Sequence record: DRR378314_107
Reading direction: 5' to 3' (one strand)
DNA length: 64,000 nucleotides
Position 1 is the stretch's first letter. Each line of letters starts with the position of its first letter. Made by a program: the position numbers and the translations under genes. The notes below the pieces were generated by a model. It did not search any database. It saw nothing but the letters and a program-made list of their open reading frames with translations, and was not told the origin of the DNA. Positions 39,499 through 48,898 of this stretch are shown piece by piece.

Positions 39499-40818
39499 GT
39501 GACCGATAACGACCTTCGCGCCCTCGGCGACGCTTGCTGGGAGCGCTTCGACTTCGGCCGGGACTGGAACCGCCACCTGCACGGCAGCCAACTGATTCCC
39601 ATTGATAACGGCCTGGCCTATATCGCCTCACGGGGCGTGGTCGGCAACGTCACCGTGGTGGACACCGACGACGGCCTGATCGTGATCGATTGCGGCAGCC
39701 GCCATACCGCCGGCAATATCCACAAGGCGATCCGTGACTGGTCACAAAAGCCGATCCGAACGGTGATCTACACGCACGGACACCTGGACCACGCCTTCGG
39801 CACGCCGCTGTTCGATGCCGAGGCGGAACAGGCCGGACTGGATAAGCCGGAGGTGATCGGGCAGGCGAATATCCGGCGGCGGTTCCAGCGCTACCAGGAC
39901 AGCGCCGACTGGAACGCGCACATCAACGGCCGCCAGTTCAAGGTGGCCGGCTTCAAATGGCCCGACGAGTACCGCTACCCGGACACCTTCTATGAGGAAG
40001 AGATGGTGCTTGAGCGCGGCGGCCGCCGACTGACCCTGCACCACGGCATGGGCGAGACCGACGACCACACCTGGACCTGGATCGAGGACACCCGCACCGT
40101 GGTCACCGGGGACTTCATCATTTGGGCCGCCCCCAATGCCGGCAACCCGCAAAAGGTGCAACGGTTCGCGGCGGAATGGGCCCGTGCGCTGCGCGCCATG
40201 GCCGCGAAAAAACCGGCGGTGCTGGTGCCGGGCCATGGGCCGGCGGTGTTCGGCGCCGAACGGGTCGCCACGCTGCTGGACGACACCGCCTCGTTTCTGG
40301 AGATCATTCACCAGCAAACGCTGGAAGGGATGAACCAGGGCAAGACGCTGGCCGACATCGTGCGCGAGGTGCGGCTTCCCGAAGGCATGCTCGACAAGCC
40401 CTATCTGCACCCCACCTACGACGATCCGGAATTCCTGGTGCGCAATGTGTGGCGGCTCTATGGCGGCTGGTACGACGGCAACCCCGCGCACCTGAAGCCG
40501 GCTCACCCGGACGATCTGGGGCGTGCGGTCACCGACCTGGCCGGCGGCGCCGACGCCCTGGCCGAAGCCGCGCAAAAGCATTTCGACGCCGGTGAGCTGC
40601 GCGTCGCGGGGCACCTGTGCCAGTTCGCCGTGGACGCCGAGCCCGACCATGTGCTCGCCAACCGCGTTCGCGCGGCGGTGAACGTGGCGCGCGCCAAACA
40701 GGAAACCTCGCTGATGGCGAAAGGCATCTTCACCGACGCCGCCAACGCCTCTCTTCAAGCCATCGGGGAAGACGAACAGAGCCTCTACAAAGGGTCGCGC
40801 GTCGGCATCGGTTCCTGA
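39499..40818 (+). CDS. Alkylsulfatase-type MBL-fold hydrolase with canonical metal site
   Basis: THGHLDH, GETDDH, TGDF, PNAGNPQK, VPGHG, GWYDGNPAHLKP. Confidence 0.88.
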   Translation: MTDNDLRALGDACWERFDFGRDWNRHLHGSQLIPIDNGLAYIASRGVVGNVTVVDTDDGLIVIDCGSRHTAGNIHKAIRDWSQKPIRTVIYTHGHLDHAFGTPLFDAEAEQAGLDKPEVIGQANIRRRFQRYQDSADWNAHINGRQFKVAGFKWPDEYRYPDTFYEEEMVLERGGRRLTLHHGMGETDDHTWTWIEDTRTVVTGDFIIWAAPNAGNPQKVQRFAAEWARALRAMAAKKPAVLVPGHGPAVFGAERVATLLDDTASFLEIIHQQTLEGMNQGKTLADIVREVRLPEGMLDKPYLHPTYDDPEFLVRNVWRLYGGWYDGNPAHLKPAHPDDLGRAVTDLAGGADALAEAAQKHFDAGELRVAGHLCQFAVDAEPDHVLANRVRAAVNVARAKQETSLMAKGIFTDAANASLQAIGEDEQSLYKGSRVGIGS

Positions 40819-41607
40819 TCAGTGCCGCAGGGGCCAGTCCGCGTCGGTCTGCTCGCGATGTAAGGCAACATCGGTGTAGGACGACAACGGCTGGTTCTTG
40901 TCGGCGGCCTGTATCGCCATGACCGTTTCCGGAGACAGCGGCGCGTCCAGCACCGCCGCGGTCGTGGCGAGCAGGTCGTGCACCCGGATCCAGGCCTCAT
41001 CAAGCCGGAAGCCCTCGGGCTTGGAGCCCTGAATCTGCTCGATCGCCGCCATGCCGTTGAGGTGCATGTACATCATGCTGACAAAGCGGTGATCCAGGAT
41101 GCTGGTGGGCAGGTTGGGCTTGGCCTCGCGCAGTGCCTTGACGCATTCGTTCAGCCCGCGGTCATGCAGGCCGCTGAACTGGCGCCAGGCCGACCGGTTG
41201 ACGCGCAGTTGCGCGAGAAAGCGCATGTAATAGCCCGGGGCCTGCTGACCATCCAGCAGATAGTGGGCCAGAGGGAAAAGACAACAGCGGGCGATCTGCT
41301 CGGAGGATAACGGCACGCCATTATTTTCCGTACGGATTTGTTCCAGCATCGCCGTTCGGGCTTCGTCCATCGGCTTCGAACGCAGATGCAGAATCGACTC
41401 TATAATCGCCTCACGGGAACCGAAGTGGTAATGAATCACCGATTCGTTCTTCTGCCCCGCCTCCTCACGGATCTGACGCAAAGTGGCGCCATGCAAGCCG
41501 TTCAGAGCGAACACCTTCTCCGCCGCCAGGGTCAGGTCGAGCCGGGTGCCGTTCTTGGCACCGCTCTTGGATTTCCTCGCCGCCGGTTTCTCTTTCGCGC
41601 CAGGCAT
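40819..41607 (-). CDS. TetR-family regulator
   Basis: AAEKVFALNGLHGATLRQIREEAGQKNESVIHYHFGSRE. Confidence 0.9.
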   Translation of the reverse strand: MPGAKEKPAARKSKSGAKNGTRLDLTLAAEKVFALNGLHGATLRQIREEAGQKNESVIHYHFGSREAIIESILHLRSKPMDEARTAMLEQIRTENNGVPLSSEQIARCCLFPLAHYLLDGQQAPGYYMRFLAQLRVNRSAWRQFSGLHDRGLNECVKALREAKPNLPTSILDHRFVSMMYMHLNGMAAIEQIQGSKPEGFRLDEAWIRVHDLLATTAAVLDAPLSPETVMAIQAADKNQPLSSYTDVALHREQTDADWPLRH

Positions 41608-41659
41608 GGCCTCTCCCCTATCCCGCCATCAATGCAATTAATGGCCCTATACTAACAGT

Positions 41660-42658
41660 TCAGGGCGCGGCAAGCAGGCCCGCCATGGCCCGCCACCACT
41701 GCGCCATGGCCACCGGCTCGCGCCCCGGGGCGCCGGCGGCGTGCCCGTAGTCGGAGTCGAGCACCTCGACGCGAGCACCGGCGATCAGCCCGGCCTCGTG
41801 GCGGGCGTCCTCGACGGTGAAGTACAGATCGGTGCGCGACGGCATGACCAGGGTGCGCGCGCTGATCGCGCCCAGGGCGCTGTCGCCCGGGTCGGCGCTT
41901 TCCCAGGCGTGCATCACGGCGAGCAGATCATTGGCGTCCTGGGCCAGATGGTCCTGCTCCCAGAAGCGCAGCAGCGCGTCGATGTCGGCGAACCCCAGAT
42001 TGCGGTACAGGCCCTGGCGGAAGAACGCCTGGCTGTAGGCCCAGCCGGCGTAAACCCGGGCAAACGCCTTGAGCCCCGCTTCCGGCGCGCGCTGATAATC
42101 ACCGCCGTTGTACACCGGGTCCGCCATCAGAGCGCTGCGCACGCCGTCGAGAAACACCCGGTTGTGGGGCCAGCAGCGGGCGGTGGCGCACACTGGCAGC
42201 AGGCGTTGCACCCGCCGCGGATGCCGCGCCGCCCACAGATAGGACTGCATGCCGCCCATGGACCAGCCGGTGGCCAGGGCAATGTCCACGTCGCCGAACC
42301 AGGCCTGCAACGCCCGGCGCTGGGCCTCCACATTGTCGTCGAGAGTCACGGCGGGAAAACGATGCCCCGCCTGTGACGGGTGGCACCGGCTCGGCGAGCT
42401 GGCGCGCCCGTTGCCGAACATATCAAACAGCACCACGCAGTAGTCGCCGCCGGCCAGCGGGCCGCCCGCACCAACAAGGGGCAGGCTGCCCTCATAAGTG
42501 CCACCGTAGTAGCAGGGAACGATCACCAGGTTGTCCCGGCGCGCGTTCAACGCACCGATCTGGTAGCCGGTCAGCACGGCATCGCGCAGCACGCCGCCTT
42601 TTTTAAGCGGCAGATCGCCCAGTCGAATCTCTCTGCTAAACCCTTGTTTCTGAACCAC
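41660..42658 (-). CDS. MetX-like alpha/beta hydrolase or acyltransferase
   Basis: GWSMGG nucleophile elbow, TDLYF, DYGH. GTG start with GAGGAG RBS. Confidence 0.82.
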   Translation of the reverse strand: MVQKQGFSREIRLGDLPLKKGGVLRDAVLTGYQIGALNARRDNLVIVPCYYGGTYEGSLPLVGAGGPLAGGDYCVVLFDMFGNGRASSPSRCHPSQAGHRFPAVTLDDNVEAQRRALQAWFGDVDIALATGWSMGGMQSYLWAARHPRRVQRLLPVCATARCWPHNRVFLDGVRSALMADPVYNGGDYQRAPEAGLKAFARVYAGWAYSQAFFRQGLYRNLGFADIDALLRFWEQDHLAQDANDLLAVMHAWESADPGDSALGAISARTLVMPSRTDLYFTVEDARHEAGLIAGARVEVLDSDYGHAAGAPGREPVAMAQWWRAMAGLLAAP

Positions 42659-42727
42659 TGTTTCTCTCCTCGCAGGCCGGATCGAACAGGCCGGGAAGGC
42701 CGCGCGTCCGAAATTATATATACAGGC

Positions 42728-42759
42728 TGGCATGTATATTGAATGAAGGAATCGTGCCA
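42728..42759. promoter_or_regulatory. Abutting face-to-face sigma54-like elements
   Basis: Plus strand TGGCATGTATATTGAA (42728-42743); minus strand TGGCACGATTCCTTCA (42744-42759). Both -24 boxes are good; both -12 boxes deviate. Confidence 0.45.
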
Positions 42760-42806
42760 AGGCGCACCCTGAGCGCCCAGCGACGGAACCGACAGGAGAG
42801 AAACCG

Positions 42807-44165
42807 ATGAATGCGTACCAACCCGTTGAATCCCTGCGCCAGGATCTGGCGGAAAAAGGCGTGAAGTACGCCATGGCCAGCTACGTGGATATCCACGGCG
42901 CCATTAAGGGCAAGTTCGTGCCGCTCAACCACCTGGACCGCATGATGAAGGGTTCGGAACTGTACACCGGCGCCGCCCTGGACGGTGTGCCCCAGGACAT
43001 CAACGACGACGAAGTGGCGGCCATGCCCGACGCGGCCAGCGCCACCCAGTGCACCTGGAACCGTCAGCTCGCCTGGTTCGCCAGCGACCTGCACCTGAAC
43101 GGCGAGCCGTTCCAGGCCTGTTCCCGGCATATTCTCAAGCGCCAGCTGGCGGCCGCCGCCGAGCTGGGCTTCAGCTTCAACCTGGGCATCGAGACCGAGT
43201 TCTTTCTGTTCAAGGATACCGAGGACGGCGGCTTCGCGCCGATCAGCGACCGCGATGTGCTCGACAAGCCCTGCTACGACCCCAGCGTGCTGATGGACAA
43301 CCTGCCGATCATCGACGAGATCGTGGACGCCATGAACGAACAGGGCTGGGACGTGTATTCCTTCGACCACGAGGACGCCAACGGCCAGTTCGAAACCGAC
43401 TTCATGTTCACCGACGCCCTCAACATGGCCGACCGTCTGGTGTACTTCCGCATGATGGCCAACGAGATCGCCCGCAAGCACGGCGCCTTCGCCAGCTTCA
43501 TGGCCAAGCCGTTCGCCGACCGCACCGGCAGCGGCGCCCACTTCAACATGTCCCTGGCGGACATCGACAGCGGCAAGAACCTGTTCGAGCCGGACGGCGA
43601 CGACCCGCACCAGTGCGGTGTGTCACCGCTGGCCTACCACTTTATCGCCGGGGTGCTGAAACACGCGCGCGCCATTTGCGCGGTGATCGCGCCTACCGTG
43701 AACAGCTACAAGCGTCTGGTGCAGCGCGGCGCCATGTCCGGTTCCACCTGGGCGCCGGTGTATTGCTGCTACGGCAACAACAACCGCACCAACATGCTGC
43801 GCATTCCGTCCCAGGGCGGCCGCGTGGAATGCCGCGCCCCGGACATCAGCGGCAACCCCTATCTGGGCGCGGCGATGATGCTGGCCGCCGGCCTGGAAGG
43901 GATTCGCGAAAAACTGGAACCGGGTGAACCGCACCGGGAAAACATGAACGACCACAGCCTCGCCGAGATCAAGGCGATGGGCATTGAAATGCTGCCGCGC
44001 ACCCTGGGCGAAGCGGTGGACGCCTTCGAGGCGGACCCGCTTTCCCGTGACGTGTTCGGTGACCTGATGTTCGACAGCTTTATCGACTTCAAACGCTCCG
44101 AGTGGGAGCAGTACCACAACCTGGTTTCCGACTGGGAAGTGAAACGCTACCTGAAAATGTTCTGA
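42807..44165 (+). CDS. glnT: GlnT/GMAS-like glutamine-synthetase-family gamma-glutamyl ligase
   Basis: [57 protein letters not shown]. Confidence 0.82.
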   Translation: MNAYQPVESLRQDLAEKGVKYAMASYVDIHGAIKGKFVPLNHLDRMMKGSELYTGAALDGVPQDINDDEVAAMPDAASATQCTWNRQLAWFASDLHLNGEPFQACSRHILKRQLAAAAELGFSFNLGIETEFFLFKDTEDGGFAPISDRDVLDKPCYDPSVLMDNLPIIDEIVDAMNEQGWDVYSFDHEDANGQFETDFMFTDALNMADRLVYFRMMANEIARKHGAFASFMAKPFADRTGSGAHFNMSLADIDSGKNLFEPDGDDPHQCGVSPLAYHFIAGVLKHARAICAVIAPTVNSYKRLVQRGAMSGSTWAPVYCCYGNNNRTNMLRIPSQGGRVECRAPDISGNPYLGAAMMLAAGLEGIREKLEPGEPHRENMNDHSLAEIKAMGIEMLPRTLGEAVDAFEADPLSRDVFGDLMFDSFIDFKRSEWEQYHNLVSDWEVKRYLKMF

Positions 44166-44187
44166 TCCGACCGTACAGGAGAACACC

Positions 44188-45279
44188 ATGAAGTTAATCA
44201 AACGCACTCTTCACTGGACCGGCGCGCTGGCGCTGGCCGGGGTGATGTCCGCCTCTTTCCTGGCGCCGTCCACGGCGCAGGCCGAGGAACGCGACAGCTT
44301 CAGGCTGGCCTGGACCATCTACGCCGGCTGGATGCCCTGGAAGTACGCCGACGAATCCGGAATCATGGACAAGTGGGCCGACAAGTACGACATCGATGTG
44401 GAGATCACCCAGATCAACGATTACATCGAATCCATCAACCAGTTCACCGCCGGCCAGTACGACGCGGTGACCCTGACCAGCATGGACGCGCTGTCGATCC
44501 CCGCCGCCGGCGGCGTCGATTCCACCGCCCTGCTGATCGGCGACTACTCCAACGGCAACGACGGCCTGGTGATGAAGGACCCGGAAGGCGGCGTGGCGTC
44601 GCTGAAAGGCGAAACCATCAACCTGGTGGAATTGTCGGTGTCTCATTATCTGCTGGCCCGGGCGCTTGAAGAACAGGGCCTGAGCGAGCGGGACGTGAAC
44701 ATCGTCAACACCTCGGACGCCGACATCGTGGCGGCGTTCAGCAGCGATGACGTGCGCAACATCGTCACCTGGAACCCGCTGCTCACCGAAGCCGCCGCCA
44801 CCCCCGGCGCCGAGATCGTGTTCGATTCCAGCCAGATCCCCGGCCACATCAAGGACCTGACCCTGGTCAACACCGAAACCCTGAAGGACAATCCCAAGCT
44901 GGGTAAGGCACTGACCGGCGCCTGGTACGAAGTGATGGCGATTCTGGAGAGCAACACCCAGAAAGGCGAAGACGCCCGCGCCTTTCTCGGCCAGGCCTCC
45001 GGCACCGACCAGAAGGGTTACGAAGACCAGCTGGCCGGCATGAAGATGTTCTGGGAGCCGGATACCGCCGTGGCCTTCGCCAACAGCGACGAAGCCTTCC
45101 AGGCCATGGACGACGTGCGCCAGTTTTCCTTCAAACACGGTCTGCTGGGCGAAGGCGCCCCCAGTGCCGACTTTATCGGCATCGCCTTCCCGGGTGGCAA
45201 GGTGCTGGGTGACAAAGGCAACATCAAGCTGCGCTTTGACACCACCTACATGCAGATGGCCGACGACGGCGAACTGTAA
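44188..45279 (+). CDS. ABC solute-binding protein of the urea/guanidine-carboxylase-region family
   Basis: AWTIYAGWMPW, NDYIESINQFTAG, DYSNGNDG, LVELSVSHYLL, VTWNP, FDSSQIPG. Confidence 0.85.
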   Translation: MKLIKRTLHWTGALALAGVMSASFLAPSTAQAEERDSFRLAWTIYAGWMPWKYADESGIMDKWADKYDIDVEITQINDYIESINQFTAGQYDAVTLTSMDALSIPAAGGVDSTALLIGDYSNGNDGLVMKDPEGGVASLKGETINLVELSVSHYLLARALEEQGLSERDVNIVNTSDADIVAAFSSDDVRNIVTWNPLLTEAAATPGAEIVFDSSQIPGHIKDLTLVNTETLKDNPKLGKALTGAWYEVMAILESNTQKGEDARAFLGQASGTDQKGYEDQLAGMKMFWEPDTAVAFANSDEAFQAMDDVRQFSFKHGLLGEGAPSADFIGIAFPGGKVLGDKGNIKLRFDTTYMQMADDGEL

Positions 45280-45341
45280 GATTAATCCGCACAGGGAGGT
45301 CGGCCGCCACGTTTCGCTTGCACGTGGCGGCCGCGTTGCCG

Positions 45342-45950
45342 ATGAGACGAACAAAAGAAGACGCGGAAAAAACCCGCCGCAAAATCGTCGAAGTGGCGTT
45401 GCAGCTTTTCAGCAGCAACGGCTACACCAACACCACGCTGGCCAAGATCGCCACCGAGGCGGGCTTCAGCCGGGGACCGATTTACTGGCACTTCAACAAC
45501 AAGGATGAATTGTTCGAGGAAGTGCTTTCGTTTTCGCAGCAGCCGCTGGCCGACCTGATCAACCAGGCACGCGGTGAGCTGGCACATCCGTTAAACGCCA
45601 TCCATGAATTCGCGGAACAATGGCTGCGCCTGTTGGTGGATAACCGCTGGCACCGTCAGTCGTTTGAAATACTGCTCAATAAAACCGAGCTCACCTCGAC
45701 CATGGAGCGCACCCTCAAACGGGAGCGCAAACTCACCCGGGACGTGGTCTCGGTACTCACCAACCTGGTCACGCAGGCCCAGCAACAGCAGCTCATCAGT
45801 GATCGCCACGGCGCCGACGAGCGGGGATTGCTGTGCTACACCTATCTGATGGGCATCACCCAGACCTGGTTGTTCTCCCCGCGCCTGTTCAAGTTGGAAC
45901 AGGAAATTCCCTTCTTCCTCGACCGTCTCGACCGCCTGCTACAGGATTGA
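45342..45950 (+). CDS. TetR/AcrR-family regulator
   Basis: MRRTKEDAEKTR, TTLAKIA, SRGPIYWHFNNKDELF. Confidence 0.9.
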   Translation: MRRTKEDAEKTRRKIVEVALQLFSSNGYTNTTLAKIATEAGFSRGPIYWHFNNKDELFEEVLSFSQQPLADLINQARGELAHPLNAIHEFAEQWLRLLVDNRWHRQSFEILLNKTELTSTMERTLKRERKLTRDVVSVLTNLVTQAQQQQLISDRHGADERGLLCYTYLMGITQTWLFSPRLFKLEQEIPFFLDRLDRLLQD

Positions 45951-48704
45951 TCCGGCGCCGCCACCGTCGGCTTCGCAGAGCGGCAACGGGGACGCCCCGG
46001 GCAACACCCACACCGGGCTGGAGAACGCCACCGGGCGGCCCGTGTCCGGATCCAGAATGCGGAGGAAATAATACCGCTCCTGGTCGCCGACGGTGAGGGT
46101 CGCGGTCCAGCTCGCGCCGGTGCCGGTGGCGACCACCCGGTTGCCGTTGGTGACCAGCTCCATGCGCCCGGTGAAATCCGCGCCGGCGCGGCTCAGCGAT
46201 GCCCGCAACGGCAGTTGCTGTCCCTCCGGGCGGCGCAGACGGCTGCCCATGGGCTTGTCGTCCACGCGCACCGTCATGCGCAGGTCGTTGTAGCCCTGGG
46301 CCACCGCGTAGAAGCGACGCGCGGACAACGCTTCTTTTAAGTCCGCCGCGTCGCGGGACCGGGCGATCAACACCGTCTTCGGCAGATCCGGATCGCCCCA
46401 TTCCTCATCGTGATGGTCCTCCGAGCCCACCGCGCCCAGATGCCAGCCTTTATCCAGCGCGTAGGCCAGCCAGCTGCCGCCGGGGCCGCCGGAGTCGTAC
46501 TCCGAGCCTTTGCCGAACACCTCCAGGCCCACCGCGCGGCGGTCGGCGGCGGGCACGTAGCGGAAATCGTTGAAGGTGTAGGCGGGATCGCCGCCGATCG
46601 GCTCGACGATCTGTTCCAGCGCGTCCTCGCGCCCCGGGTGGTTGAACACCAGCAGGCTGTCGCCGCCGCCACCGAAAGCGGCGGGATAACTGAACCATTG
46701 CCAGAACAGGCCCATGGACACCGCGTACCCTGGGCCGGTTTTGGCGTTGATCACGTTGTCGCCGAACAACAGATTGATGTGCCCGAAGCGGTCCGAGGTC
46801 CACTCAAAACCCCGGATGGCGGTGAAGCCGTCGTCGCTGGCGGCGAGCGCCTGTTCCTCGGTGGCGGACCACTTACGGAACGAGTCGAAGGGGGCGTCGT
46901 CATCGGCGATCAGACATTCGAAGAAGCGTTCGGAAAAACAATCGCCGTTAACGGAAAGCGGCAGGCGGGTGTTGTCCGAGTGGTCGGTGACGGCGGTGAA
47001 ATCCAGGCCCAGCGCCCGGGTGCGCTCGAACACCTCCGCCGGCCGCGAGCTGATGGCGCCGTCCGAATAGCCGGTGTGTTCGTGAATGGCGCCGATGTAA
47101 TGCTCGAAAGTGCGCGCGTCGAAGGCCGGCGTGCACTGGTCGGCGGGCGCCGCCTGGGGCAGGGTTTCCAGCACGTAGAGCGGGTCGGTGAGCTTGCCCA
47201 GAATCGCCTCGCAGCCGCCGCCGGCGGGATCGCGCAGGCACCCCGCCACGCCGTCATCCAGGCTCGCCAGCGCCGAGAACGGACAGGCCGGATCGCGCGG
47301 ATCGCCCAGGCAGGCGCCGATCCCGTCCGGGTCCAGCAATCCGCCCAGCACCGCCAGTGGGCAGCCGGCCTGCAGCGGGCTGAGCAGGCACTGGAACACA
47401 CCCGGCGAGGCCTCCGCCCGGGGCGTCGCCTGCAGGGTCACCGTGCGGCTGGTCTCGCGGTCGCCGTCGGACACCGTCACCTCGAAGCCGAACACGGTGG
47501 CCTCCTCGAGCAGTGGCAGGGTGACCCGGGCGTCGCGGGTGTCGGCGTTGTCGATCGCCAGCGCCGGCGCGCCGTCATCCCGTTGCGTCCAGCGGTATTG
47601 CAGCGGATGGTTGTCCGGGTCCGAGGCCACCGCCAGCAGCCGTGCGGTTTCGCCGCCACTGGCGACGCCCGGGTCGGCGTAGGCGTCGTCGATACGCGGG
47701 GCCGCGTTGGCCGGTGCCGGCAGGATGGTAACGGTGACCCGGTCGCTGGCGCGCCCGCCCTGATCGTCCACGGCGGTCAGCGACAGCTCGACGTCCGTGG
47801 CCTCGGCCACCGGCGGCGCGGTGAACGCCACCTGCAGCCGGTCGTCGCCCTCCAGCGTCAGGGCGGGGCCGCCCGGCGTCGCCCGCCACAGCACGCTGAC
47901 CACGGCGCCATCGTCACTGGCGGCGCCGTTCAGCACCACCCGATCGCCGGCGGTGACGGTGCGGTCCTCGCCGGCATCCACCGTCGGCAGGGGGTTGTTG
48001 AAGGTATCCACCACGGTGACGGTGACCGTATCCCGGCCCACGGCGCCACTGGAATCCTCCGCCTCCAGTTCGAACGTCAGCGCCGTGTCGGCGTCCACCT
48101 GCGGCGCGACGATACTCAACAGATTCTGGTCCCTGGCGCCGTCGATGACCGCTTCGGACCCGCCGGTCTGCCGCCAGCCCAGGCGCCGCAGGGAGCGGCC
48201 CGGGGACACCGTGGCGCCGCCGTTGAGCTGCAGGGTTTCGCCCTCATCGACCCGCTGGTCCTGGCCGGCGTCCACGCGGGGCGCATCGCCTTCGTCGGCG
48301 TCGATGGTCACCGTGCTCACCGCGTCGCCGGAGGCGCCGCCGTCATCGGTGACCCGCACCCGGACCCGGGCTTCGCCGTCCACCGCCGCGGCCGGCACCC
48401 GCACCGTCAGGCGGCGCGGCTGCTCCTCGACCACGGTCAGCGCCCCATCCACGGTCCAGGTCACCGACACGATCTGGCCGTCGTCGTCCTCGGCGGTGAG
48501 CCGAAAGGTACCCTCCGTGCCGGCGGTCAGCCGGGCCGGCCCTTCCAGCGCCGCCCGCGGCGCCCGGTTGGAAGGCTCGGGCGACGCCGGGTCACTGTCC
48601 GAGCTACCCCCACCCCCACCACAGGCCGCCAGCAACGCGGTGATGAAAAACACCGGCGCCATGCAAAACCGGTGCGCCCGACCTGAATTCTGCCATTCGC
48701 TCAT
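45939..48704 (-). CDS. Lipoprotein with four PKD/Ig-like modules and a C-terminal PHP (CehA/McbA-like) metallohydrolase
   Basis: Lipobox LAAC-GGGGG; P.VDAG.D..V repeats; HEHTGYSDG, VTDH, GFEWT, GH, FNHP, SEDHH. Start position uncertain. Confidence 0.78.
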   Translation of the reverse strand: MSEWQNSGRAHRFCMAPVFFITALLAACGGGGGSSDSDPASPEPSNRAPRAALEGPARLTAGTEGTFRLTAEDDDGQIVSVTWTVDGALTVVEEQPRRLTVRVPAAAVDGEARVRVRVTDDGGASGDAVSTVTIDADEGDAPRVDAGQDQRVDEGETLQLNGGATVSPGRSLRRLGWRQTGGSEAVIDGARDQNLLSIVAPQVDADTALTFELEAEDSSGAVGRDTVTVTVVDTFNNPLPTVDAGEDRTVTAGDRVVLNGAASDDGAVVSVLWRATPGGPALTLEGDDRLQVAFTAPPVAEATDVELSLTAVDDQGGRASDRVTVTILPAPANAAPRIDDAYADPGVASGGETARLLAVASDPDNHPLQYRWTQRDDGAPALAIDNADTRDARVTLPLLEEATVFGFEVTVSDGDRETSRTVTLQATPRAEASPGVFQCLLSPLQAGCPLAVLGGLLDPDGIGACLGDPRDPACPFSALASLDDGVAGCLRDPAGGGCEAILGKLTDPLYVLETLPQAAPADQCTPAFDARTFEHYIGAIHEHTGYSDGAISSRPAEVFERTRALGLDFTAVTDHSDNTRLPLSVNGDCFSERFFECLIADDDAPFDSFRKWSATEEQALAASDDGFTAIRGFEWTSDRFGHINLLFGDNVINAKTGPGYAVSMGLFWQWFSYPAAFGGGGDSLLVFNHPGREDALEQIVEPIGGDPAYTFNDFRYVPAADRRAVGLEVFGKGSEYDSGGPGGSWLAYALDKGWHLGAVGSEDHHDEEWGDPDLPKTVLIARSRDAADLKEALSARRFYAVAQGYNDLRMTVRVDDKPMGSRLRRPEGQQLPLRASLSRAGADFTGRMELVTNGNRVVATGTGASWTATLTVGDQERYYFLRILDPDTGRPVAFSSPVWVLPGASPLPLCEADGGGAGSIL

Positions 48705-48898
48705 AAGGAACCCCCGTACCAGAACAAGGCGCGAGTATTCCTTCACGGGATGACCGGGCCATGACGGCGCGGACGGGAAGCGCTACAGACAGACACAAAA
48801 CGCCGCTTCAGCAGCGAACGTCGCCTATCCGGCCGCTAACACACGGCAAAGCGGCGTACAAAAAGAAGCGCGACGGCGGCCGGGACCTGGCCCGGCGT

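Noticed and set aside
41660-42658. Calling this gene metX
   Set aside because: Only the fold motifs match and the gene context is nitrogen-related; acetyltransferase function is not supported.
42807-44165. Calling this gene glnA
   Set aside because: Lacks the GSI Glu flap and adenylylation-site motif.
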